In this document: positions 19,819-30,634 of the stretch, one piece after another
How the letters are laid out: every line of letters begins with the position of its first letter
Position numbering within the stretch: the first letter of the stretch is position 1
Source of the DNA: an uncultured Acidobacteriota bacterium
GTDB taxonomy: Bacteria; Acidobacteriota; Terriglobia; UBA7540
Length of the DNA: 64,000 nucleotides
Assembly (NCBI GenBank): GCA_963804995.1
Contig: CAWDSK010000006.1
Span: 1,120,001-1,184,000 of the forward strand
Direction: 5' to 3'
Made by a program: the position numbers and the translations under genes
The notes under the pieces: generated by a model
What the model was told of the DNA's origin: nothing
The model's input: only the letters and a program-made list of their open reading frames with translations
The model's database searches: none

Positions 19819-21834
19819 CCGAACTTTCGCACTTCAGGGTGTTGAGTTGGGTTAACTCGCTTCTTTTCAGTACAGGCATTGCCAAGGTCTGGCCTACAAA
19901 CGCAGCATTCCAGCAGGAAAGATTTCCGGCTGGACCGTGATCCTGGGCGGTGGCTGAGTGGGGAGCACGAGCTGCAGTTCGTGCAACAGGAGCTTTTGTT
20001 CGGGTGTCGGCTCGGTGTAGCGGGGCATCACTAATCGGCGCCCATCCGTGGTCGGGAAAGACACATCGAGCATCTGCATGCCCGCCAGCTTCTCCAGCAC
20101 CGCTTTCGGCGTCAGGCCCGGAGCGTGGGCCTGCAGACGCTGTTTCAGCGTCACCCACAAGCCGTACGCCAGAAAGGCAATGAGGATGTGGGCCTCGACG
20201 CGATGTTCTATTTGATGATAAATCGGCCGAATTCCCAGCTCACTCTTCAAACACTTAAAGGCCGCTTCGATCTGCGCCAGTTGCATGTAGCGGTCCCACA
20301 ACACCTCGGGATTTTCCCCCGTCAGATTGGTGCGCAACAGATAATGTCCATCGCGCCGCTCCGCTTCCTCCAACTTGCTGCGCTCGAGCCGGAACTGGAA
20401 GGTCTGGCGAGTCACTTCTTCCTGGGCCTTGGGCACGCTGATCTTCACGAAACCGAAGGCCCGTCCGGCTTCACTCTTGGCTGCTCCGATCTTCATCAGC
20501 AACGCATCACGCGTCGGACACACGCGCCGCAAGGCCCGCAGCCTCCACAACAGCCGTGCCAGCTTGCGTCGACGGATGGCCATCTCTTTCGCCTGGCGGC
20601 CTGCGCTCTTCGCCAGCACATACAACTCGCCTTCCTCCGCGAACAGTTTCACCTCTACCGACTCGCGCACCTTCCGCCACGGCAGTTCCGTCCACTTCGC
20701 TTCGTACTGCCGGATCTTGCCCCGTGGCGTCCCCACCAGGTAAAACATCTCCCGCCCCGGGGTGCGCATCTCCGCCAGCAGTTCTTCACTGGGAACTCCC
20801 CGATCCATCATCCACACCCGCCGTGCCTTGCCGTACACGCTCTCGATCTTGTCCAGAAAACCGCGCAAGCTGTTCCGGTCGGAAGTATTCCCCTCCATCA
20901 CTTCGTAGGCCAGCGGGAAACCTTCCGGCGTCAGCACCAGGGCGATCACCACCTGCCGACAGTCGAACCGCCCGTCCCGGCTGTAACCGTGGCGGGCTTT
21001 GGGAATCGCTTCCGCCTCTCCTTCCACATAGGTGCTGGTGAGATCGTAGAGGAGCAGATCAAAGCGCGCCGCAAAGAGGTCTTGCCACCGCAGCCGCAGG
21101 TGCTGGAACAACTCCGCCTTGTGCGCCAGTATTCGATCCAGACAACGATAGAGCCGGTCCTTCTCGGCCACCGCGAAGTTCACTGCCAGCAACTCGGCCA
21201 TGGCGGTCTGATCGAACCAGTGCCGATGCACACGGAATTCGCTGCCCGGCTCGATCAACCGGTTCACCACCAGCAGCCGTAGCACCTTCTCCCACGGAAC
21301 TCCCTCGCGCCCTTCCGGCAACCTCGCCTGCCAGAACTCGTCCAGCTTCAACTGGCGCCACAGCTCGCAGCCCAACCAACAGCCACCGAAGGTGCGCGGC
21401 CGCTCAACGCGCATTTCACTCAACTTCACTTGTACGCCGTCCACAGCATCCGCAGGAAGTTCGCGGTCCTCCGGGAAGAGGCTCAGGGACGCGAGGACGC
21501 GACGGTCCTCGTCAAAAACCTCCAGCGTCTTGCGCCACGCGGATTGTTGGCTGTCGTTGATTTCGCCCAGATACAGCACCGTCCGATGCACGACCTTCGA
21601 GCGCGACACGCGCCGACTCTCGAACGATGCTGAAATAACGATGTTCCTTGCCGTCCTTTTTGCGTCGATGAATCTTCAGGTGCACGCCCCAGAATGCCAG
21701 ACCTTCGCGCCCCAGAAAAGAGGGTAGGTCGGGCCTACAAGCACTCTTCAACCCGCGCCCATTGAAGGCAAAGACCTTGTGCACCGCAAGCTGCCAAAAT
21801 CAGCCCGGTAGCGGGTGGAAGTGCGAAAGGCAGG
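19819..21834 (-). mobile_element. IS1634-family insertion sequence, ~2016 bp
   Basis: Imperfect TIRs CCGAACTTTCGCACTTC vs CCTGCCTTTCGCACTTC (14/17 identical); TTAG duplicated at 19815-19818 and 21835-21838. Confidence 0.85.
19894..21685 (-). CDS. IS1634 family transposase, with a +1 frameshift near 21623
   Basis: LLYDLTSTY, WMMDRG, IEAAFKCLKSELGIRPIYHQ; N-terminus VHLKIHRRKKDGKEHRYFSIV lies in another frame. Confidence 0.9.
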
Positions 21835-21850
21835 TTAGGGAACAAAAGAT

Positions 21851-21992
21851 AGGGAACAGGGAATAGGGAACAGGGAACAGAAATTAGGGAGTAGGGAGTG
21901 GGGGCCAGTGACGAGTGATTAGCAAGAAGGACAAGCAGGGGCGCGCCCAAGAAACGAAAAGCCGCAGAGTCTCGGAAAGCGCGAGACTTTGC
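21851..21992. repeat. ~140-bp direct repeat, copy 2
   Basis: Matches 15346-15488. Confidence 0.9.
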
Positions 21993-22008
21993 GCTACCCT
22001 GCTGCTAG

Positions 22009-22383
22009 GCCTTGCACCTTTCGTAGCGGCGGGTTTACCCCGCCATTTTCGCGGCGGCATTACGCCGCCACATGGCGAGGTAAACTCGCCGCTACGTCTT
22101 CGTCATCAGGCCCCGTGTGCGGAGCAGCTTCCGCAGGGCCATCAAACGCCGGTGCTCTGAGCGGTGGCGTCGCTTTCGGAGTGCGGGAGCTCGCTCCCGC
22201 TTTTTGCCGCCGGTGACTCGGCACCGGTGCGGAGGTTCGCCGCGACGAGTCGCGGCGAGCAAAAGCGGCGACGAGTCGCCGCACTCCGAAAGACAAGCCT
22301 TGCACCTTTCGTAGCGGCGGGTTTACCCCGCCATTTTCGCGGCGGCCTTACGCCGCCACATGGCGAGGTAAACTCGCCGCTAC
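22009..22383. repeat. REP cluster: two GTAGCGGCGGGTTTACCCCGCCA...TGGCGAGGTAAACTCGCCGCTAC units flanking a GGAGTGCGG-family unit
   Basis: Near-identical units at 22023-22095 and 22311-22383; internal unit at 22174-22291. Confidence 0.88.
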
Positions 22384-22524
22384 ATCATCAAACTGAGACC
22401 CTGCCGGCTAATGGGATAACCACCCCGTCGCCGAGGTGCCCGCGTAACCACCCCGTCGCCTACGGCGCCACCCCTCCTGAATCAGGCGGGGAGTTATTAA
22501 AAAACACGCTGCCTCTACACGCAG

Positions 22525-22562
22525 AAAATCGCAGACATGCCGGATTTCAGCATGTCTGCGAT
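22525..22562 (-). terminator. Probable terminator of the TonB-dependent receptor gene
   Basis: 13-bp perfect stem ATCGCAGACATGC/GCATGTCTGCGAT, then TTTT on the minus strand. Confidence 0.6.
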
Positions 22563-22624
22563 CTCTGGGAATTCACTTTCTGGTTTTCTGACAGGGCACA
22601 CCACGGCGTGCCCCTACGTAACGG

Positions 22625-25600
22625 TTAGAACGTGATCTTCGCAGCAACTTGCATAATGCGAGGAGCTGCCGCACCGGTGACTCTCCCGAACGTGCCGGCG
22701 GTATATGACCCGTTGGGGTTCGAGAACTGCGCGTGGTTAAAGGTATTGAAGGCCTCGAACCGGATTTGCAGTTTCATGCTTTCCCGGAGCTGCGTGTCTT
22801 TGTGAAGGCCCAGGTTCCAGTTGTTGATTCCAGGTCCAAAGAAGAAGCGCGGGTCGGCATCGCCGAACTGCCCGAGGGATTCCGGGGCAAAAGCGCTCTT
22901 GCTAAACCAGGTATGGAGGGGCGAATTCCTGGGGTTGCCGGTGATGTTCAGAGGGCCGACGACATTGGGCATGTCGATGCCGGAGGTGCCTCTTAAAGCG
23001 TGATCACCGCTCTCAAACATGGAGACGGGGAATCCCGTTGCGAACCGGGTGATGCCGGCAACGCTCCATCCCTCGACAAGGCGTTTCGGAAGCGATGTGA
23101 ATGCCCTGTCGAAAGGTATGGTGTATACGTAGCTGGCAACGAAATTGTGGGTAACGTCAAAATTCGAAAGGGATCTGCTGAGGCTGTGATTCTGGTAATT
23201 CAGACGGTTGTTGAAATAGGAACCGTTATCGATCCCCTTGGATAATGTGTACGCCACCAGGAAAGATGAATTGCCGGCTTTCCTTTCCAGGCTCGTCTGA
23301 AACGAGTTGTAGTCGGAATTGGCCCAGTCTCCTTCATAGAAGCTTGTCGAAAAGGCGCTGCCGAAGGGACTGCGCGTTCCGTAGACCAAGGAGCCGTCCG
23401 GGCGCGTGAAGGTCTGATCTTCCTGGCCGGGGCCGCATAGCGGCGTTGCTCCGGATGCTCTAAGACTCAGACAAAGGTTCGGATCGCCGGGGTTCGCTTC
23501 CTGGATGCCGATCAACTTCCGGCCCAGGGTCCCTACGTAACCGAGGCTCAGCACCATTGAGCCGCTGAGTTGACGCTGGATTGTCAGGTTGTAGTCAATG
23601 CCGTAGGGCAGTGCATTGTCCACCGCGTACCCCAGCGTGCTGTACAAGGGCAAGTAATAGGAAAAATCAAAGTTCTTCGCCGCAGCACTTCCCGGCGCCG
23701 GAATAAAGAAGGGAAACGGATGTCCCTGGGACTGTCCGGTTGACCGGGTGGTGAAAGGCGTCTCGAACATGGGCGGACCGGAGGATCCCCAGTATTCGCC
23801 GAAGGGTACGGTCCCGAGGATCCAATAGAGCGTTTGGTCCTGAATGGCAGTAAAGAATTCGCCACCCGCCAGCCGAATACTCGTCTTGCCCGGTCCTCCA
23901 AAGATCTTTCCAAGTATCCCGTCAGAATAGTTGGGGGAGTAGGCGATACCAAAGCGCGGGGCAAAGTTGTCGTACCGGGTGGGCGCCAAGGTTCTGGGGA
24001 CTCCTGCGTCACCCGGATATACCAACCCTTTCGGAGCTGTGGGGTACTGGGTGGATTGTTCCCCGGGAACCAGCGCCACGATCTTGTCCTGAGAGTCATA
24101 CCAGGGCTGGCTGAACTCCCAGCGCAGTCCAATGTTCATGGTCAGGTTGGTCCTCAGATGGATGGAATCCTGCACGAAGGCCGCGCCGTACTTGCTGCGC
24201 GAATCGAGAAGTTGCAGGCTGGACTGTGTGTAGTTGGCGGGGGCCCCCAGCAGATAGTCGGCGATGTCGGAGCCCGTTTCATTTCCATTGAACCCGAATT
24301 GGCCGACCGGAGCACCGGCATTCCGCTGGTTCATCTGGTAGTAACGGAAGTCTACGCCGAACTTAATCGTATGTCGCCCCGTGATCTTCGAGAAATTGTC
24401 CTGGATTTGATAAGTGTTCTGATTGGCGATGCCGGGAGACACCGTACCAAAACTGAACTCGTTTGTTCCGATAGTCGGGACACCGAGGTATCCCGTGGGA
24501 CCGGAGTTGTTGATACCGTCCGTACCCGCGCCCGTCACAAAGCCCATGCTGGTCAAGGTGGGCGCAGTGCCAGACGGGACCGTCTGCACGGGCAGTCGGG
24601 TGAAGCTCATCCGAAACTCGTTGACCGCCGTGGGGCTGATAATCCGCGTGTTGCTGAGCGTCGCTTGCTGGTTCTTCACCTGGGTGACGTCTGCGAAGCC
24701 TGGCCAACTGGCGCCCGCGAGAGCATTGTTGGTATTCGTACTTTGGTGGAGATAGTACACCGACCAGTTTCCAGTCAGTTTGTTTAGGAAATCCACACGC
24801 TGCCCGAACATGTTATCGCCGATTCGGGTCGGGTAGGCTGCGGAGGCGTAGATGTCACTTCCCACGTTGGCGCCGGGAATGAACCCGATCGTCCCTTTCG
24901 ATGCCGGAGACCACGCCGCCTGAGGGATGATACCGTTCGGGAAGACTTGAGAGTAGAGTTCACCGTCGGAAACCGTGGTCCCAAGGCGTTGCGAAAGCAC
25001 CTGAGCCCAGGCAGACCCGTTCACCGCACCGGTTAGGTTGTCGACGCCAATGATGCCGCTGCGCTGGTCGGCGGAAAGGACTTGTACCTGGCTGGCCGAT
25101 CCACCGTTAATCTCCCGGGTTCCTTGATAATCCGTGAACCAGAATAACTTATCCTTGATGGCCGGCCCGCCCACCGCGTACCCGAACTGATTTCTCTTCA
25201 AGGTCCCGATTTGGGTGTCGAAGAACCCGCGGGAATCCATCGCGTTATTTCGCAGAAATTCGAATGCCGAGCCGTGGATACGGTTCGTCCCGCCCTTGGT
25301 GATGGCGTTCGTAAGTGCGCCGCTGAACCGCCCATATTCGGCGTCAAAGCTGTTGGTGAGCAGCCGGAATTCCTGGATCGAGTCGAGGTTCGGTTGGATG
25401 CCGGCCTGGAAGTTTCCGACGTTGGACACATCACCGCCATTCACCAGGAAGCCGTTGTTGTTTTCCCGCTGGCCGTTCACGGAGATCGTTCCGGGGCCTT
25501 CACTGCGCGTGCCGGCGGGAGCCACACCGGATTGCAGGGAGAGCAAATCCAAGTAGCTGCGGCCGTTGAGCGGCAGTTGCAGGATTTGCTTTTCCTCGAT

Positions 25601-26029
25601 GACCTGACCTAATTGCGTGTTCGTGGTTTCCACCTGTACCGCGCTCGCGGTCACGGTGATTTCCTGCAGGGTGCTGCCCACGTCCATGACAAAGTTCTGT
25701 TCCAGGGTATCCTGAACGTGCAGGACAAGGCCCACCTTGTTGATCTCTTTGAACCCCTCCTTTCGCACCACCAGCCGGTAGCGTCCGGGAGGGAGTTCGG
25801 GAATCACATAGATGCCGACACCATTTGTGGTCGAACGAGATTGCGCATTGGTATCGATATTGACCGCTGCTACTTCGACCCCAGGTATGATGCTTCCCTG
25901 TTGGTCCGAAACGCTTCCATTGATGGTGGCGGTCGTGGTTTGCGCCCACAATGGTGTCACAAGCGAGTATGGGACTAGACCCAAAATACCGGCCAAACAG
26001 ACAATCACGTTCAGACAACGTCGGTTCAT
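22625..26029 (-). CDS. TonB-dependent receptor (Oar-like, N-terminal carboxypeptidase-regulatory-like domain)
   Basis: 1134 aa; signal peptide, LPLNGR, EFRLLTNSFDAEYG, FEFLRN, FAPRFGIAY, C-terminal PRIMQVAAKITF. Confidence 0.95.
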   Translation of the reverse strand: MNRRCLNVIVCLAGILGLVPYSLVTPLWAQTTTATINGSVSDQQGSIIPGVEVAAVNIDTNAQSRSTTNGVGIYVIPELPPGRYRLVVRKEGFKEINKVGLVLHVQDTLEQNFVMDVGSTLQEITVTASAVQVETTNTQLGQVIEEKQILQLPLNGRSYLDLLSLQSGVAPAGTRSEGPGTISVNGQRENNNGFLVNGGDVSNVGNFQAGIQPNLDSIQEFRLLTNSFDAEYGRFSGALTNAITKGGTNRIHGSAFEFLRNNAMDSRGFFDTQIGTLKRNQFGYAVGGPAIKDKLFWFTDYQGTREINGGSASQVQVLSADQRSGIIGVDNLTGAVNGSAWAQVLSQRLGTTVSDGELYSQVFPNGIIPQAAWSPASKGTIGFIPGANVGSDIYASAAYPTRIGDNMFGQRVDFLNKLTGNWSVYYLHQSTNTNNALAGASWPGFADVTQVKNQQATLSNTRIISPTAVNEFRMSFTRLPVQTVPSGTAPTLTSMGFVTGAGTDGINNSGPTGYLGVPTIGTNEFSFGTVSPGIANQNTYQIQDNFSKITGRHTIKFGVDFRYYQMNQRNAGAPVGQFGFNGNETGSDIADYLLGAPANYTQSSLQLLDSRSKYGAAFVQDSIHLRTNLTMNIGLRWEFSQPWYDSQDKIVALVPGEQSTQYPTAPKGLVYPGDAGVPRTLAPTRYDNFAPRFGIAYSPNYSDGILGKIFGGPGKTSIRLAGGEFFTAIQDQTLYWILGTVPFGEYWGSSGPPMFETPFTTRSTGQSQGHPFPFFIPAPGSAAAKNFDFSYYLPLYSTLGYAVDNALPYGIDYNLTIQRQLSGSMVLSLGYVGTLGRKLIGIQEANPGDPNLCLSLRASGATPLCGPGQEDQTFTRPDGSLVYGTRSPFGSAFSTSFYEGDWANSDYNSFQTSLERKAGNSSFLVAYTLSKGIDNGSYFNNRLNYQNHSLSRSLSNFDVTHNFVASYVYTIPFDRAFTSLPKRLVEGWSVAGITRFATGFPVSMFESGDHALRGTSGIDMPNVVGPLNITGNPRNSPLHTWFSKSAFAPESLGQFGDADPRFFFGPGINNWNLGLHKDTQLRESMKLQIRFEAFNTFNHAQFSNPNGSYTAGTFGRVTGAAAPRIMQVAAKITF

Positions 26030-26195
26030 CAGTCTTTTCTCCTTTCGGCGCGGAGGACTATCCTCAACTACGTATGCCGCTGAGAAAGGCTGACAGTACC
26101 AAACACCAAAAAGTTGAAGAGTTGAAACGGCTCCGGGTACGGAGTTCGGTCCCCTAATCGCGAGGCACTAATCCCCAGGCCTGAGTTCCCAGCCC

Positions 26196-27461
26196 CTAGG
26201 GGTGATTGGCCTGTCCGCCGAGGAAGGCGAAAAGGATTTTCTGGCCGCGCGGTTTGTCGCCAGGGTCATGAGGTTCGAGTGTCACAAACACCGAGTCGAT
26301 TTCTGCAAGCTGCTGCGGGTTGTCCACTTTAAGCGTCCATCTCTTCTGGTCTTTGTCATCGACATACAAAATGCCGAGGTTCCTGACCGAGGCAGGCTCA
26401 CCGAGTTGCTCCCCCCACACATCAAGAGAGTAATTTGCCCTCGCCAACTTCCTCTCGTCCAGGTCGTAGGCATAGAAGATGAGGGACCTGCCTTCGGTAT
26501 AGAAAATCCTCCCGAAGGCCCTCTTATTCTTGCCTTTGCCGTCCGCGTCATGGACATCGATGATGTGCAGGTTCCGCGCGCCCATAAGGTCCGTGATATC
26601 GCGACCTGCCGCCAGCAAATCCCGCTCGCGGCTAAGGGTTGCCGTCTGCGACTTGAGCTGCTGCGAGAGCGTGCCCGCCTCCGCCCTCGCGGCTCCGATC
26701 TCCGCTTCCATCTGCGTTCCACGCGCTCGTGCCTCTTCGAGTTCGGCTCTCGCTCGGAAGAGTAGCTGTGCATTGTGATCGTTCTGGCTCGCCATCTGCG
26801 CGTTCCGATCGCTTAGGCCGGCAAGGGATTGGCTTAGAGCCTGGTTTTCAGCCCGGCCGCCCGCCAGGTCCTTCTCCAAGCCACCGATGCGCAAGACCAT
26901 CGCGGAGATTTCATCCTGCTGGCGGGAAATCGTCTCGTTCGAAGCCTCAAGCGCGGCCTGAAGTTCCGTGAGTTTCGCCTCCAGCTCGTGGGCGTCACGG
27001 TCTTGGTTCGCCCGGGTTCCGCTCAGCGGCGCTGGCATTCTTGTCTCCAGGGAGCGCTTCACGCTGTGGTGGGCAGCGCGGTAGCCGAGCCCGGCCACTA
27101 CCATCCCAAGCAGCGCGACCGCCCCGACCCAGCGGTAGGGAAGCGCCAGGCGGTAACCATTCCAGCCTTTGTTGTCGTGCCGTTTCTTCAGGGCGGCGGA
27201 AAATTGAATGCCTTCGGCGCGGGCCCGCTCAATGAATCGCTCGCGCAGGCCCCCCTTTTCGATGTGGCGCCGGAGGGCGCCGTTCATCTTGTCGCGTTCC
27301 TCCGCCCGCAATTGCTGAAGTGAAGCTGAGAATTCCTCATGGGCCGTGTGGCAAGACGGACAGTGTTCCGCCTGCTCAATCATCTGTTCGTATTCGTCCG
27401 GCGAAAGCTGGTTCGTCCCGGCTGACGCGCACTCATCCTCAAATGACTTCCACTTCCACAT
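26196..27461 (-). CDS. Putative membrane anti-sigma factor (Zn-finger N-terminus, TM, coiled coil, RskA-like C-terminus)
   Basis: HCPSC motif, one TM, long coiled coil, C-terminal VFVTLEP...P; overlaps the end of the ECF sigma gene. Confidence 0.7.
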   Translation of the reverse strand: MWKWKSFEDECASAGTNQLSPDEYEQMIEQAEHCPSCHTAHEEFSASLQQLRAEERDKMNGALRRHIEKGGLRERFIERARAEGIQFSAALKKRHDNKGWNGYRLALPYRWVGAVALLGMVVAGLGYRAAHHSVKRSLETRMPAPLSGTRANQDRDAHELEAKLTELQAALEASNETISRQQDEISAMVLRIGGLEKDLAGGRAENQALSQSLAGLSDRNAQMASQNDHNAQLLFRARAELEEARARGTQMEAEIGAARAEAGTLSQQLKSQTATLSRERDLLAAGRDITDLMGARNLHIIDVHDADGKGKNKRAFGRIFYTEGRSLIFYAYDLDERKLARANYSLDVWGEQLGEPASVRNLGILYVDDKDQKRWTLKVDNPQQLAEIDSVFVTLEPHDPGDKPRGQKILFAFLGGQANHP

Positions 27462-28131
27462 CGATAGCCCCCTGACGAGCGACTTGGTTACTAGTCCGGC
27501 CGTTCCTGTTTGCTTCGCTGTGCAGCAGCAGCGAACGGAGACGGTGAAGCGCGCGATAATAGTGATGCCGCACGTTTCCCAGGGATTCCCCCGTTTTATT
27601 GGCGATCTCTTTGAGCGGCATGTCCTCAAAATACGCCATGTGGATTACACTCCGCTGGGAATGATTCAGGCTTTCCAAGCCTTCCCGCACCAGGCAGCGG
27701 GCTTCGGGAAGAGTAAGTAGTCCCGGCGCCACGTTCCCGGCGGAGATCTCTGCGGGATTGGGCGTACGGGGTTCCACCTGGCCTCGGTCGTAGAAACCCC
27801 TCAGCTTGAGATATTCACGGCGGTTCATGCTACGGTGATACGCGTACTGGAGCAGCCATACCTTCGCGGTGCCCCGTGAGGCGTCAAATTGACCAGCCAC
27901 CTTATAGATTTCGAGGAAGACAGATTGCATCACATCTTCCGCCTCTGCTGGATTGCGGAGAATCTTGTGCGCCACGCTCAAAATGAGCCGATGATAGCGT
28001 TCAAAGAGCACGGCGAGCGCATCGTTGTGCCCCGCTCGCAGATGCGCCATCAAATCTGTGTCAGTCAATCGACTCAACTGCTCGAATGACTGCCCACACG
28101 GTTCGTTCGGAGGCCCTTCAACAGATCCCAT
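27439..28131 (-). CDS. ECF sigma-70 family sigma factor
   Basis: AEAEDVMQSVFLEI, QFDASRG, WLLQYAY, PLKEIA...LGNVRHHYYRAL. Confidence 0.92.
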   Translation of the reverse strand: MGSVEGPPNEPCGQSFEQLSRLTDTDLMAHLRAGHNDALAVLFERYHRLILSVAHKILRNPAEAEDVMQSVFLEIYKVAGQFDASRGTAKVWLLQYAYHRSMNRREYLKLRGFYDRGQVEPRTPNPAEISAGNVAPGLLTLPEARCLVREGLESLNHSQRSVIHMAYFEDMPLKEIANKTGESLGNVRHHYYRALHRLRSLLLHSEANRNGRTSNQVARQGAIDVEVEVI

Positions 28132-28361
28132 AAAGTTATCCTTGCACCGTCCAGCAATCTTCACGAAAATTTATGAGACGCGCCATGGCTCAGAGCGGTT
28201 GAGAGAGCAAGATATAGCACACTTGCACAAGAATTGCGCATGCTTCAGAGGAACTTTATTTTTGCTGTGCCGTGGTACAGCATGGGGAAGTGGAGGGCAT
28301 ACTAAGAATTGGAAGCAAGGTGATGGCCTGTCCGCGTGCGTCAGGCCTTTTGGGCTTCCGC

Positions 28362-29705
28362 TCACGCCTTCTTGGTTTCTTTCCCAACATCCGTTGGGGG
28401 CTGAGCCTGCGGCCAGAAAATCTTCTGGCCAGTCTCCACCGCCCGGTTCCCGTAAATCACTCCCTGTGCATCTCCCACGCCGAGCTGGAACGGCACGATG
28501 ACAGGTTTTCCATCCCGCACGCTGACCATGAAATTGTGCATCTCACTCCACCAGGGGTCGTGGGGCTCCTCATATTCGTAGATTCCCATCGACGCCAGCC
28601 AGTGTTTCGCGTAGCGCATTTCGCGGTCCACGAAGCCGAGATCCCCCATGGTCCCCCGCTCCGGGAAAATGGGAATGCCTGCTTGCGCGGCCTGTTCGCT
28701 GACCGTCGCCCCCGCCCACCAGTTCTCCTTGGCGCCGGGCTGGGAAACCTTGGCCACCGGCTCGCGAAAGTAAATGCCTTTGCCCAAGGTGATGATCAGC
28801 GTCCCCTGGTCACCCATGATTTCTTCCTGGAATTTGCCGTGGCCGTTGCAGAGAAGGTTGGTCCAGACCAGCTTCCTGCCGCCGGGATACTCGAAGATGG
28901 CCTGCACGTTGTCGTAAGTTTCGCGGCCATCTTTCCAGTAATCGATTCCCCCTGTAGCCATCACGGAAAGGGGATGCGCGTCGAACACCCAGTTGGCCAC
29001 GTCGATCTGGTGCGCCGCCAACTCCGCCATAACTCCGCCGGAGTATTGCTTGTACATCCGCCAATTGAGCAGCCGTTCGAATTTGGGGTCGGGAACCGGC
29101 CGCCGCCAGTTGGTGTGCGAGTGCCATTGCGCGCGCACCATCATGACTTTGCCGAGCGCCCCTTTGCGAATCATCTCGATCGCCACTTGATAGAGCAGGC
29201 TTGACCGCCGCTGCAGACCCACCTGGAGTAACAGTTGGGGATGATCCGCCAGCGCCTTCTCGATCATTCCCTGCTCGTCTTCCTTGAAGTACATGGTCTT
29301 CTCGACGAAGACATGTTTGCCGGCAGCGAGAGCGTCCACCACCATTTGGGCATGGAGGTGTAGTGGCGTGGCAATCACCACAGCGTCCATGTCTTTCCGC
29401 TCCAGCATTTTATGGAAATTGTCGTAGGTTTGGGGATTGGAGCCGATCGTCTCAACCCCCTTTTTGAGGTTGGGCGGATAGATGTCGCAAGTGGCGATGC
29501 AGTTCCCCTCGGGGACGGTCGCCAAAAACTTAAGCAGCGTGCAACCCTCCGTGCCCGTGCCGACGATTCCGTAGCGCACGACGTTCGACGAACTCTGGGC
29601 GGAGAGAATAGCAGGTGCGCCCACACCGGGCAGGGCGGTAGCGGCTGCAACGCTGGCGGCGGTTTTTAAGAACTCACGTTGAGTAACCTCTGGCACTTGC
29701 TCCAT
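28362..29705 (-). CDS. Gfo/Idh/MocA family oxidoreductase with Tat-like leader
   Basis: TQREFLK leader, GIVGTG, IATPLHLH, HVFVEK, QVGLQRR, NWRMY, AHQID. Confidence 0.92.
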   Translation of the reverse strand: MEQVPEVTQREFLKTAASVAAATALPGVGAPAILSAQSSSNVVRYGIVGTGTEGCTLLKFLATVPEGNCIATCDIYPPNLKKGVETIGSNPQTYDNFHKMLERKDMDAVVIATPLHLHAQMVVDALAAGKHVFVEKTMYFKEDEQGMIEKALADHPQLLLQVGLQRRSSLLYQVAIEMIRKGALGKVMMVRAQWHSHTNWRRPVPDPKFERLLNWRMYKQYSGGVMAELAAHQIDVANWVFDAHPLSVMATGGIDYWKDGRETYDNVQAIFEYPGGRKLVWTNLLCNGHGKFQEEIMGDQGTLIITLGKGIYFREPVAKVSQPGAKENWWAGATVSEQAAQAGIPIFPERGTMGDLGFVDREMRYAKHWLASMGIYEYEEPHDPWWSEMHNFMVSVRDGKPVIVPFQLGVGDAQGVIYGNRAVETGQKIFWPQAQPPTDVGKETKKA

Positions 29706-30422
29706 CTAACAACTCCTGAAAGACACTTCATAATTGGCGGTTTGGCGTGGAATTTGCCTCAAACCACCATAACCGTTGAAAAGAACAGCACTTTAGTCAC
29801 CAAATTTGACCTTCGACAATTCCGTAATCCGCCCAATATTACCCGGCCATTCAAAATTTCACTGCTCGAAGTATGATTTGAAAGACCTTCTGTCCCAGGG
29901 CGATATTGTTCTGCCTGAGTTGAAACCACTGGATCAAGCATCGCACCTTGTTTCCTTTGGGCTTCACGAAAGTGCTGCCCATTTAATGGCTCATCCTATT
30001 GAAATGATTTGGCATGCCGGCATTCCCTGCACAGCATTTTCGCACCTCCCTGGGGTATTTCGAGATCGGGGCCGCGACTTGAAGCCCGACCTAACTATTT
30101 TCAGCACTCCAGGGGACTTTCGACTCAAAAGTGGGGTACTCGGACGAGGGCCAATGCAGCAATTGCGCCATCCAACGCTTGCAGTTAGGGGTGTTGAAGG
30201 TCCTCCCGGTTCCCGCCAGACTCTCGCGTTGGGCCTGATTCACGCCGCCCCTCTTCCCCTCAACCACAACCTTCTCCCCCCCCATATCAGGCCGGGTTTC
30301 TCACCACGAGTCTGGAAGGGCGGGGCTTCAGACGCCGCTGACCAACAGGACTTCACCCATCCGAGCATTAGTGGGTCAATTTGATGCTGTAGTGGCGAGT
30401 TTACCTCGCGACACGGCAGCCG

Positions 30423-30506
30423 GTAGCGCGACCTGTTCATGAAGGTCCGCGGCTTTTCGTTGTCATGGGGGAAGAACCGCGGACCTACAAAACAGGTCCG
30501 CGCTAC
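30423..30506. repeat. REP-like doublet, GTAGCGCGGACC family
   Basis: Reverse-complement copy of 12780-12860. Confidence 0.8.
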
Positions 30507-30634
30507 ACGTCTTCCTCCGCGCCCTGCCAATTTACCGTCTGGACCGAAGGCGGAAGGCGGTAGCTGCTGCTACCGCACTCCAAGGCACCTACCCATTCAA
30601 ATCCTGCATCTGGGTTATACTGGACCGAGAGGAC

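Noticed and set aside
29743..29757. Sigma-54-like motif TGGCGTGGAATTTGC (similar one at 44840)
   Set aside because: Imperfect matches; the first has no credible gene close downstream, so support is insufficient
29806..30384. 192-aa ORF between the Gfo/Idh/MocA gene and the S41 peptidase gene
   Set aside because: TTG start with no RBS, no recognisable motif and atypical composition; probably intergenic or decayed sequence
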